Source of the DNA: Mobula birostris
Taxonomy: Eukaryota
Assembly (NCBI RefSeq): GCF_030028105.1
Contig: NC_092383.1
Coordinates: 86,323,921-86,387,920, forward strand
Direction of reading: 5' to 3'
DNA length: 64,000 nt
Shown here in pieces: positions 1 to 11,122 of this stretch (position 1 is the stretch's first letter; every line of letters begins with the position of its first letter). A program made the position numbers and the translations under genes. Under the pieces are notes generated by a model that saw only the letters and a list, made by a program, of their open reading frames with translations, was not told the origin of the DNA and made no database searches.

Positions 1-502
1 CAAGACACCAGGTGTATTTTGAGTGGAGATTGATAGTTTCTTGATTAGTAAGGACGTCAAAGGCTACGGGGAGAAGTCAGGATAATGAGATTGAGAGTAA
101 AAATAAATCAAACATGATGAAATGGTGGAATAGACCCAAGGGGAAGATTGTCTTAGTTCTTCTCCTATGCCTTTTGATCTTATGGTCTTCTAATACATTC
201 ACCAAACCTGTGAACTCTTCTACACCCGTCCAATATTTCCACATTCAGTATTTGCCATGATGATAATTCAATCAAATCTGTTTTGTGAACTTGCTGCCAA
301 AAAGCAACAAACTAGGAAATAGGTGTGATGTAGAAAGGGCTTTTCATGCAAACTTAGCACACAGTACTTGGCTTAATTCACTCTCCTCTCTGAAGGCTGT
401 GTCTTATCTTTGAAGAGACTTTAAAGCTCCACTCTTCTGAATTCTATTCCATCTGTTTGTGCAATTTCAATAGCTCTGATGGGATTTCACTTTGCTGCAG
501 TT

Positions 503-770
503 ACCATCAGGAGCAATGTCAACATCAATATCTTCCAACCCAATGTCACGTCTTTCTGATGATTTGATTTCATTTTAATAAACAGAGCAATGCCACCCTT
601 GTTGCCTTCTTGTCTGTTCTTTCGATACAATGTTCTCCAAGCTATAATTTTCTTTCAGCCATGATTCAGTGATGCCTACAACATCATACATGCCAATCCA
701 TAACTTTGTGACAAGTTCCTCTACCTTATTCCGTATACTGCACATATTCAAATTTAACGGTGTATTCACC
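503..770 (-). mobile_element. CR1 LINE ORF2 endonuclease N-terminal fragment (decayed)
   Basis: ORF 575..769 NMCSIRNKVEEL...YDVVGITESWL matches the APE start of the intact CR1 at 11.4 kb (NARSIRNKVDEL...YDIVGITETWL). Confidence 0.8.
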
Positions 771-834
771 CTGTTCGATCTTGTCTGCCTTTTATGTTGA
801 AACTCATCCTATTGACTGGTATTTTGCCCTGTCA

Positions 835-1450
835 GAATCAGAATCAGGTTTATTGTCATCGGCACTTGTTAACTTGGCAGCAGCAGTTCAATGCAATATA
901 TAATTTAGCAGAGAAAATAATAATAATAAATAAACAAGTAAATCAATTACAGTATACATATATTTAATAATTTTTTTAAAAAGCGTGCAAAATCAGAAAT
1001 ACTGTATATTTAAAAAAAGTGAGGTAGTGTCCAAAGATTCAATGTCAATTTAGGAATCAGATGGCAGAGGGGAAGAAACTGTTCCTGAATCGCTGAGTGT
1101 GTCTCTTCAGGCTTCTGTATCTCCTACCTGATGGTGACAGTGAGAAAAGGGCATGCCCTGGATGCTGGAGGTCATTAATAATTGATGCTGCCTTTCCATG
1201 ACACCGCTCTCTGAAGATGTCCTGGGTACTTTGAAGACTAGTACCCAAGATAGAGCTGACTAGATTTACAACCTTCTGCAGCTTCTTCTGGTCCTGTGCA
1301 GTAGCCCCTCCATACAAGACAGTGATGCAACCTGTCAGAATGCTCTCCATGGTACAACTATAGATATTTTTGAGTGTATTTGTTGACATACCGTATCTCT
1401 TCGATCTCCTAATTATGTACAGCCGCTGTCTTGCCTTCTTTATAACTACA
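835..1450 (-). mobile_element. L2/Rex-Babar-type LINE 3' fragment
   Basis: ORF 1057..1389 ESILTGCITVLYG...HPGHALFSLSPSGRRYRS...NSFFPSAI is a typical C-terminal motif; (agaatc)n tail at about 835. Confidence 0.8.
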
Positions 1451-1561
1451 ACAGCCTCGCCTCACCACACATTGGGTATTTGTAAATGATACCTTGTATA
1501 ATATGAGAGCTGACTCTATTGTATAAGTTATTGCTGTCAGTTGTGTAGTGTTCACCCTCAG

Positions 1562-1945
1562 TGAAGGATGTGGTTAGAACGTCTGTCTTCTTTACTTGCC
1601 ATAGCAAACAGAATATGGAGAAGTACGAACAGCTGTTGGTACTTCTCTATAGATGACAGATGTTCTGGTCTCCTCCTGTATTGCCCCATCACTTCTTGGA
1701 AAACATCTCAACAACCATGGTGCAACATGCTGATGTGAACAAGTGCAGAGAAACTAAACATCTTCAACAAAACTATTTTGTTTCAGCATCTAGATCATTG
1801 AACAACAATAACAATTCAGGGAAGTGAAAAGGCCACTTAACCATTGTGTTGAAACCTAATCCCAATCCTGTGCAGCCCCGTAAATACAATGGTGGGATCA
1901 TAAAATGTTTACCAGTCAGTTCTTGGGAAGTTATCCAAGAACTGA
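1562..1945 (+). pseudogene. Unidentified exon-like block B (copy 1; homologue at about 55742-56115)
   Basis: Acceptor ttcaccctcag| conserved in both copies; 128 codons in one frame with 2 stops; same frame open in ORF 55814..55996; interrupted by a CR1 tail in both copies. Confidence 0.3.
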
Positions 1946-2296
1946 GGCTTTATAAGGTATAGGTCAGATTCAATGGGCTGAGTGGCCTAATTCTGTTCTG
2001 TTTTATTGTCTTCTGGTCTATGGTCTTAACTGATGAAGCAATGCAGGAAGAGGATGCAACAACTAGTTGACTTGAAGCATCCATTGGATCCACCCTGAAT
2101 ACTGTCTTCTGAGCACAGAAGTTCTAAACTTACTCCTTGAGCATTACTTTGGGATGTCCTCGGAAAAGGAAAGGGTCCCTTTCAGAATCAGGATCAGTTT
2201 ATTTTCACTGTCTTCTGATGTGAAATGTGTTGTTTTGCAGTAGAAAAACTAAGTAAGTTCCTTGCCTCAGAGCATTAATGAACTCCAGTTTAACAG

Positions 2297-2688
2297 GTCC
2301 AGGTCCACAAGTGGGACCACTGCTTCTGGAATTATCCCCAGGCAATCAACACCCATCAGATAACCCTGAGCTGAAGAGGGCAAGAGCTTCATCAGATTCC
2401 GGTGTTATTGTGTCACATCGTCACACAGCAGGCAAAGGTTATTATGCCATATTCCTACCTGCCGATGAGGCTTTTCAAAGTTCAAAATTCAAATTCAATT
2501 TATTATGAAGGTACATACATGTCAGCATAAACTATCCTGATTATAATGACGATAATGCAGTTCACCTTCTCTCATTTTCAAGACCGTTTATTGTACATTC
2601 ATGGGTTACAGTCACAGATCAGTACTGAGAAAAGTTACACCTTCTAGTTGCAGATTCACACCCTGATGACCAATGTAAGCTGCAATAA
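2297..2688 (+). pseudogene. Unidentified exon pair C (2297-2431) + terminal exon D (2654-2688), copy 1
   Basis: tttaacag| acceptor, CAG|gc donor, ttgcag| acceptor; reads VQVHKWDHCFWNY...SHRHTA|DSHPDDQCKLQ*; one stop and one frameshift relative to copy 3. Confidence 0.4.
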
Positions 2689-4029
2689 TTTGCAGCTCTC
2701 TCATTTTATTCAGCACCCAACTTTTATTTCCATTGCTCGTTCTCCTTTAAGGCCTTTGTACAGTGACTGGAAATGTTCATGCTGTGTCTCTTTCTCACTC
2801 CATTTCGACAAAATGTGTTATGAAAAGTCAGTAACCTTGTCAAACTTGAAAATCTTCATAGTAACTTTAGTAGCAAAGTTTGTATGTATTGCCATATTCT
2901 ATCCTCAGTTCCATTTTCTTACAGGCATTCACAGTAGAACAAAGAAGTACAATAGAATCAGTAAAAACTACACACAAGAGCTGACAAAATATAATCTGCA
3001 ATGGAAGGCAAACTATGCAAATACAAAAAAATTATTGATTGTAAATATAAGACTGAGACATGAGTTGTGGAGACATTGAAAGTCAGTCCATAGGTTGTGT
3101 TCAGTGAGCACTTCACTGTTGAGCTGAGTGAAGTTATCAATACCTGGTTCAGGAGCCTGATGGCTGAACTGTTCCTGAAGCTGATGGTTTGGGACGTTCC
3201 AAAGGGAGCAGTGAGAAGAGAGCATGTCTGGATGATGAGGATCCTGGATGATGGATCCTGCTTTCTTGTGGAAACCCTCCTTTGTCGGTGTGCTCATTGT
3301 ATGGGAGGGCTTTACCTATGATCTGATCAGTCTTGACCAATTTCCACACAGACCGTCTCTGAGTCATGAATGGCTCTGTTTTTTATAGAAGCCTGTAAGT
3401 CAATATTGCCCATAAATTAGAAAACAGACAAATATCATACAATGTGGTATCCATACCTCCATGGTATTCTAATGAAGGGCATCAACTGCATATAAAACTA
3501 AAAAGGAGTAATTCTGAAAAGAGATGAGAACGAAAACTCATTATGTTATTTGTAGGAACAGAGAACATAGAACAGTACAGCACAGTACAGGCCCTTTGGC
3601 CCCCAGAGTAGTGCTAAATTGTATTCCATGATCAAGCTAATCCTTCCCTCCTACATTGCACTTAACACTCTATTTTAATACATATATGTGTGTAGCTCTC
3701 TCAGAGCTTCTTAAATGTCCCTGTTGTATCAGCCTCTATCATCAAGCCTACAGTGAATTCCAGAGAGCTGCCACTCACTGTGTGGAAAAAAAAACCTACC
3801 TCTTACATCTCCCCTAAACTTTCCTCCACTCACCTTAAATGGGTGTCCTCTGGTACTGGTCTTTGTCATGATGAGATCGGTGTGCTGCCTATCCACTCAA
3901 CCAATGCTTTATACTCCACAATACTCCACGTGTGATCGAACCAGAGCTGCAATATTTCCTTGTGGCTCTTGAACTCAATCACATCAACTAGTGAAGTTTA
4001 GCACATCATACACCTTCTTTAAGTATCTG

Positions 4030-4835
4030 AGAATGGGCAAAGAAATGGCTGATGGAATACAGTGTCGGGAAGTGTTTGGTCATACACTTTAGTAGAAGAA
4101 ATGAAAGGATGAACTACTTTCTAAATGGAGAGAAGATACCAAAAACTGAGGCACAAAGGGACTTGAGAGTTCTTGTGCAGGATTCCCTCAAGGTTATTTT
4201 GCAGGTTGAGTCTGTGGTAAGGAAGGCAAATATGATGTTAGAATATAAAAGCAAGGATGTAATGTTGAGACTTCATAAAATACTGGTGAGGCCTCATTTG
4301 GAGTATTACGAGCAGCTCCTCATCTTGAAAAGGATGTGCTGAAACTGGAGAGGGTTCAAAGGAATTTCACGAAAATGATTCCAGGATTGAATGGCATTTC
4401 ATATGAAGAGCATTTGATGGCTCTAGGCTGTATTCAATAGAATTCAGAAGAATGAGTGGAGACCTAATTGAAACCTATCACATGCTGAGAGGCCTTGATA
4501 GAGTGGATGTGGAAAGGATGCTTCCTTTGGTGGGAGAGCCTAAGACTAGACAACATAGCCTCAGAATAGGGGTGTGTCAATTCAGAATGGAGATGAGGAT
4601 GAATTTCAAAGTTGGAGATCGGTGAACCTCTGGAATATTTGCCACATGCAGCTGTGGAGGGTGAGTCTTCATGTATAATTAAGGCAAAGATTGATAGCTT
4701 CTTCATTGGTCAGAGCATGAAGAGATATGGGGAGAAAAGCAGGAGATTGAGGCTAAGAGCAAAACTGGAGTTTCCATGATGAATTGGTGGAGCAGGCTCA
4801 ATGAGCCAAATGGCCTAATTATGCTCCTATATCTG
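4030..4835 (+). mobile_element. CR1 LINE 3' fragment (decayed)
   Basis: ORF 4052..4342 YSVGKCLVIHF...LVRPHLEYY matches CR1 post-RT region; CR1 3' UTR follows. Confidence 0.85.
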
Positions 4836-5443
4836 AACTTCTCAGCCACAAGCAATAGCAGATATTTTAACTTGAAGCAAAAATAAAGATTTGGATTTGT
4901 CCTGAAGCAGAGGATTAATCTGAAATGCTGACCACTCTGCCTATGTAGAACACACCTGTCTCCCTGGGTTCCTCCAGAACTTTTATATTTTGCTTGATTA
5001 AAAATGTCAGGTGTGTTGAGTCATTGGGAGAAGTGCTCATGGTGGAAAGAGAAAGAGCACATGTTGAGTGTTTTTGTGATTGTGAGTAGGAAGTTGTGGG
5101 CTTCGTGTTTACAGGCTCCACGACATTTACCATGCCGTGCTCTAAATTCAGGCTGATTCTATAGCCTGCTCAGGCTGCTCCAGGCTTCGAGTCTGAGGAC
5201 GTACTTTCATTCTAAATACTATTTGCTTACTTTTATTGTTTGCACATTTCTCTCTGTCTCTGCACATCAGGAGATTTTTGATCTTTTATTGATGGGCTAC
5301 TTTGGGCTTCTTTGTTTTGTGGCTACCTATAAAGAGATGGATTTTAAGAGTTGAAAATAAATGTACATTGCACTTTGAACTTTTGAATGATGAAATGGTG
5401 GAATAGACCCAATGGGAAGGATAGCCTAATTCTTCTCCTATGT

Positions 5444-5970
5444 TGTTGTGATGGAAATGAGACAGATTCTTTGGGTCTCAAAGGCAAGGATTCTGGACAC
5501 ACAGTTTTAACAATAAGGAGTTTATTTACAAGGGGAGAAGAGCTTGAGGACAACACAAGTGGCTAAAATATTCGCACAAACACGCTTAGGATAGTCAAGC
5601 ATGGGAAAAGTTGGGTTGGCAGTACGCTCCCAAAACCCTATTCAATGCACAGCGCACCACGTGTCTCCAGCGCTGTTCTGTAGTCTTCAGCCTGGAGTGA
5701 AGCAGGGTGGTCCCTCGAGGATGGCAAAAAAGAGAGCTGGCCAAGCACATGTAGCACCCTTTATAGGTCAGGGGGCTGGAGGGTCCAGCCCAGGTGATTC
5801 ACTGGGGGGCCAACGGCTTGGTAGTAGATGGGTTAATCCAATTAAGGTGGCCAATGGTTAAGTGTGCATTGATTAGTTGGGAGGGGTGAAATGTTGACTG
5901 GCATGTGGTGTGCCTTCCGACCAGGTAGAGGGCAGTGCTGAGCCATGACAGGCACGGCTCTCTGGATATA
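5444..5970. mobile_element. Probable solo LTR inserted in a CR1 tail
   Basis: Starts TG, flanked by 5-bp direct repeat TATGT (5439-5443 / 5971-5975); removal restores the CR1 tail seen at about 150-190; 3' end is TA rather than CA. Confidence 0.5.
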
Positions 5971-7158
5971 TATGTCTTTTGGTTTTATGGTCTTCTTATA
6001 CAGGCAACAAACTGGTGAACCTCTTCTGCAATCCCCAAGTGTGTTCTAACTGTATTTTTATACATTTGTAACATAAATTCTTGAGTGATTAATGCTGGCC
6101 CAATGCCATAAGCTCTCTTTACCACCTACTTTACCGTCTCCCTCGATTCCAAAGTTTGGGGAATTATGGACTCCAAGATTTGTGCATCATTCTGGATCTG
6201 CCTTGATGATAATTCAATCAGACGTGTTTTATAGAAGTTGCTGCTGAGAAAGAATAAAAATAGGAAATAGGTGTGACGTGGAAGGGTTTTTCATGCAAAC
6301 TCAGCAGACAGTACCTCATTTCATTCTCTCTCCTCTCTAAAGGCTATGGCCGATCTTCGAAGGAACCTTAAAAGCTTACCCTTCTGAATTCTATTCCAGT
6401 TGTCGGTGCAATTTCAAGAGCCCTGATGGGATTTCACTTTGCTTCAGTCCAATATGAGGGGAAAACCCACTGAATGGAATTACCCATTCACAGCGGGTAA
6501 AATCCACGTCGGATCTCTTAAACCAAATCAACTCCATTTTGAAAGGAAATAGTCTGCATATGTAGACAGCTCCTGTAGTTTCTTTTTCTCATAGATTCAT
6601 GGGGCACAGTTAATGTACAGGTCACATTTGTCCAAGAAGAAGACATTTCTATCTTACCTTCTGCACTTCTTTCTATGTTAGTCGAACTGTGATCTATCCA
6701 GATTCATGCTGTGCGATCCCCTGGGGCAGATGAAGTCTGAGGAGAGCTTCAGTCCAAGGGATTAGAATTCCCACATGTCACACATATTGGAGAATAAACA
6801 CAGAATCAGAATCAGAATCAGGTTTAACATCACCGGCATACCGTATGTCATGAAATTAACTATAGCAGTCCTAAACAGGAATATTTGATGATTCCCATTG
6901 GGAAGGAGAAGCTTGTTTACAGAAGGCATTTATTAGTTCTTCCCTAAATTCTGTTTTGTAAGAGAAGTAAACAACACAGAAGTTCTAACAATATCCTTTG
7001 AGAACTGCTTGAGACAGCCTGGGACAGGGAAGTGTCCATTTCAGAATCAAAATCAGCTTTGTTTTCTCTGTCTTCTGATGTAAACTGTGTTGTTTTGCAG
7101 CAGAAAAAAAATAAACAAGTTCCTTCATTCAGACTATTAACGAGCTCAGGTTTAACAG

Positions 7159-7582
7159 GTCCAGGTTTACAAGTGGGACCACTGCATGTGGAATTATCTG
7201 CAGATAATCAACCCTCATTAGCTAACCCTATCCTGAGGAGGTCATGAGCTCCAAACAGACTCTGGTGTTATTGGTGTTATTTGGTGCTTTTGCTTCACAT
7301 CCTTGCATCGGAGGTGACGGATATTGTGCTGTATTGCTCCTTGTCAGTGAGGCATTTTAAAGTTCAAAACTCAAATTGAGTTTATTATTGAAGTGCATAT
7401 ATTTCAGCAAAAAAACTACTCTGGTTATAATTACAATAATGAAGTTCACCCTTTGTTCGATTTTCAGGATGTTCTATTCTATGTATGTACATTAATGGGT
7501 TACAGTCACGTGTTAGTTCTGAGAAAACTTACACCATCTATTTGCAGATTCACACCCTGATGACCAATGCAAACTCCAATAA
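7159..7582 (+). pseudogene. Unidentified exon pair C (7159-7313) + D (7548-7582), copy 2
   Basis: Same splice signals as copy 1; D reads DSHPDDQCKLQ* and differs from copy 1 by three synonymous changes (TGT/TGC, AAG/AAA, CTG/CTC); C carries stops. Confidence 0.4.
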
Positions 7583-9180
7583 TCAGCAACTGACTCATTT
7601 TAATCAGCACCCAACTTTTATTTCTACTGCTGGTCCTTTAGTACATTTGTGCAATGACTGGAGAGCTTTATGCTTGAGTCTCTTTCTCACTCCATTTCTA
7701 CAAAATGTGTTCTGATGGGTAAGTAATCACGCACTTTATCACAGCTCAAAAAATCCAAAGCAAATTTATTTTCAAAATACATATAAATCACTATATACTA
7801 CCCAGAGATTCATTTTCTTGCAACCTTTCATTGGAGAACAAAGAAAAACAATAGAATCAATGAAAAACTACACACAAAAACTGATAAACGACAAACATGC
7901 AAAGGAAGCCAATCTGTGCAAACACAATAAATAAGAAATTAATTAATACTGAGAACATAAAATTGTAGAGTCCTTGAAAGTGAGTCTATAGGCTGTGTTC
8001 AGTGATCTTTGCTGTTAAGTGACCAAAGTAAACCACTCTGGTTCAGGAGCCTGTTAGCTGAAGTGTTCCTGAATCTGTGGGCTTTGGGCCTAAGGCTTCT
8101 CTGTGTCCTTGCCAGTGAGAAGAGAACATGTTTGTATGATGGACGTCCTTGATGATGGATTCTGCTTTCTCATGGCAATACATCGCTGTAGATATGCTCG
8201 TTGGTGTGCTGGGCTGGGCTTTGCCTATCAATTGATCAAATCAGTATTAACCAATCTCCATACAGACTACCCCCGAGTAACGAATGGGTCTGTGTTTACA
8301 GAGGCCAGAAAGTAAATATTGCCGATAAATCAGAAAACACAGAAATATCACTCAATGTGTTACCCATACCTTCATGGTATTGTAACGAAAGGATCAACTG
8401 CAAATAAAACTGAGGAAAAACAGTAATTTTGAAAAGTGGAGAGAAAGTAAACCAGTTTTGTTATAACATAGAACATAAAACAGTTCGGCCCACAGTATTG
8501 TGCTGATCTATACTCCATGATCAATCAAATACTTCCCAAATGCATAGCCCATGAGACTCTGTTTCGTACATACATGTGTAAGCCCATCTAGGAGTCTCTA
8601 AATGTCCCTATTGTATCAGCCTCTACCCCCATGCCTGCAGTGCGTTCCAGGGACCCACCACTCTCTGTATAACAAAAAACTTACTTCTTACATCTCTGCT
8701 AAACATTCTTCCACTCACCTTAAATGGATCTCCTCTGATATTGGTCATTGTTACCATGAGGAGGGGGTGCTGGCTATCCACTCAATCTATTCTCCACAAC
8801 GCTCCAAGAGTGATCAAACCAGAGTTTTCGAGAGCTGCGACATTACTTTACGGCTCTTGAACTTGATCCCCTCAACCGGTGAAGTCAAGCACCTCATTCA
8901 CCATCTTTAACACCGTTTCAACTTGCTCAACAACTTTAAAGGATCTACACATTTGATCCCAATGTCCCTCTGTAACTCCTCACTGTTAAGAATCCTGCCA
9001 TTAACCTTGTAATCTGGCTTAAAGTTCAATTACCCAAAGTGTATCACAACATATTTTTCAGTGTTAAACTCCATCTACCACTTCTCCACCCGACATTGCA
9101 TCCTGTCTTTGTCTGTTTGTATCTTATGACAACCTTCTGTACCACCCACAACACTGACAATCTACCCCCATATGTATATA

Positions 9181-9571
9181 CAGTACTGTGCAGAAGTTGT
9201 AGGCGTATGTAAAAATATTTTATAAAGCGAAGAGGCTTCCAAAAATAATGAAATGTCAAGTTACCGAATATCAGATATTTACTATAAAGTGCAGTAAACA
9301 GAAAAAAGCTAAATAAAATCGATATTTGGTGTGACCACTCTTTGCCTTAAGAACGGCATCCATTCCCTGAGGCACACAGTTGTGCAGTTTTATAAGAAAA
9401 TCAGCTGCTTTTTCCAAGCAACTTGGAGAACTTGCCACTGTTCTGCAGACTTGGGCTGTCTCGTTTGCTTCTGACTTTCCAGGTAATCCCAGGTAACCTG
9501 GATAATGTTGAGATCAGGACTCGGTGAAGGCTATGCTATCTTGGGATGCCTAAGAATTTTGCACGGTAATG
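9181..9571. mobile_element. Internally deleted Tc1/mariner element
   Basis: TIRs cagtactgtgca... / ...tgcacggtaatg with TA on both sides; interior homologous to the Tc1 at 20.6 kb. Confidence 0.75.
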
Positions 9572-9679
9572 TACATTGGAAATTTGAATTAAGTAACATT
9601 ACAGAGGTTCATTTGTGTGTACAAGTGACATTAAGTCAAGTGATTATAACTTGGGAATGAGCTTGTCCTGTCCAAGACC

Positions 9680-10180
9680 GAAAGAAGCCGCAGAAGATCG
9701 TGAACACGGCGCAGCACATCACACAAACCAATCTTCCGTCCTTGGAGTCACTTTACACCACACGCTGTCGGAGCAGTGCTGCCAGGATGATCAAGGACAC
9801 GACCCACCCAGCCAACACACTTTTCGTACCTCTTCCCTCCGGGAGAAGGCTCAGGAGCTTGAAGACCCATACGGCCAGAGTTGGGAACAGCTTCTTTCCA
9901 ACTGTGATAAGACTGCCGAACGGATCCTGACCCAGATCTGGGCCATACCCTCCAAATATCTGGACCTGCCTCTCAGTTTTTTTGCACTCCCTTACTTTCC
10001 ATTTTTCTATTTTCTATTTATGATTTATAATTTAATTTTAATACTTCTTTTTACTATTTTTAATATGTTTAATATTTCATATTTGTAATCCAGGGAGCGG
10101 GAACTGCAGAATCAAATATCGCTGTGATGATTGTACATTCTAGTATCAATTGTTTGGTGACAATAAAGTATAAAGTATAA
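9680..10180 (+). mobile_element. L2/Rex-Babar-type LINE 3' fragment
   Basis: ORF 9700..9930 AQHITQTNLPSL...HPANTLFVPLPSGRRLRS...NSFFPTVIR; (aaagtat)n tail. Confidence 0.8.
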
Positions 10181-10307
10181 CTGTATCCTCTTTTATCTTA
10201 ACATTACTCCTCCTACCAGATCAATTCTTTAAACTAACACTCTTCCATTTTTAACTCAGATCTGATGAGAAATTCCTGACCTGAAACTGGATTTAATGAA
10301 AAGTTCC

Positions 10308-10788
10308 TGTTATGATTTGCAGCTTCAAAACAGTGAACGAATTCAAAGCAAACAACAGAGCTGGGAAATGAGAATCTTAGACTGTGTTTTTACTTTAAGT
10401 GAGGCGCACATGTATCACATAGAAACATAGAAAATAGGTGCAGGAGTAGGCCATTCGGCCCTTCGAGCCTGCACCGCCATTTATTATGATCATGGCTGAT
10501 CATCCAACTCAGAACCCCGCCCCAGCCTTCCCTCCATACCCCCTGACCCCCGTAGCCACAAGGGCCATATCTAACTCCCTCTGAAATATAGCCAATGAAC
10601 TGGCCTCAACTGTTTCCTGTGGCAGAGAATTCCACACTTTCACCATGTTGGTGTCATGACATATCAATTCATATCATTTACTTATGAACCATATTTAATT
10701 ACTTAAACAAACAAGAATACTTAATCAAACAATATTTACAATATTACTCGAATATTTACAATATTACTGAAATATTAAATACACAACA
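10308..10788 (-). repeat. 3' LTR of the Gypsy element (contains a CR1 3' end at 10418-10645)
   Basis: TG...CA termini; aligns with 18334 onward (cttcaaaac..., aagtgaggc...tgtatca). Confidence 0.7.
10418..10645 (-). mobile_element. Short 3' end of young CR1
   Basis: Near identical to 14957-15180; (catagaaa)n tail. Confidence 0.9.
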
Positions 10789-11034
10789 CTCCTTGCAACT
10801 TAAGTATAAATTCCATCTGAATAGAAAATGCATCTCACTATATATACAGTATACTATATGAAGGATTTCATACTCTTGGCATATCATCCTTCCTGAAACA
10901 GGGGATCACTCTGCTTAGCAGATGAGACTTGTAGCTGTGAAACCATCTTAGGTTCTGGGGCCTCCTCCACAGTGGGTTGTAAGAGCTGTTGACCCTGAGA
11001 CTGCAGGAAGTGGTTCTGACTGCGATGGACATCT

Positions 11035-11122
11035 TTCTTCTCTTTCCCATTTCTTCTTCTAGTTCATGCATTTAGCTCACTGGAGTATTCTCTTATTAAT
11101 CCTTCTATTGCTCCCTTTACAA
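11035..11122 (-). pseudogene. RBM25: RBM25 retrocopy fragment, distal part
   Basis: Translates VKGAIEGLIREYSSELNA, matching vertebrate RBM25 IKGAIEVLIREYSSELNA (recalled sequence). Confidence 0.85.

Noticed and set aside
2330-2370. Conserved in-frame TGA on the minus strand of block C as possible selenocysteine
   Set aside because: Only one of six frames, no acceptor or SECIS seen; the plus-strand frame explains the synonymous changes better
2600-2720. Minus-strand reading of block D (AANYCSLHWSSGC...SQY* plus AATAAA) as an ITIM-bearing last exon of the receptor
   Set aside because: Shares wobble positions with the plus frame, has conserved upstream stops and no pyrimidine-rich acceptor; kept only as a weak alternative
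256-6780. Exon model for block A (e.g. SEFYSSCRCNFKSPDG..., WGTVNVQVTFV..., IQIHAVRFPEADE)
   Set aside because: Splice-like sites exist but the three copies disagree in frame at several indels, so no consistent reading frame can be supported
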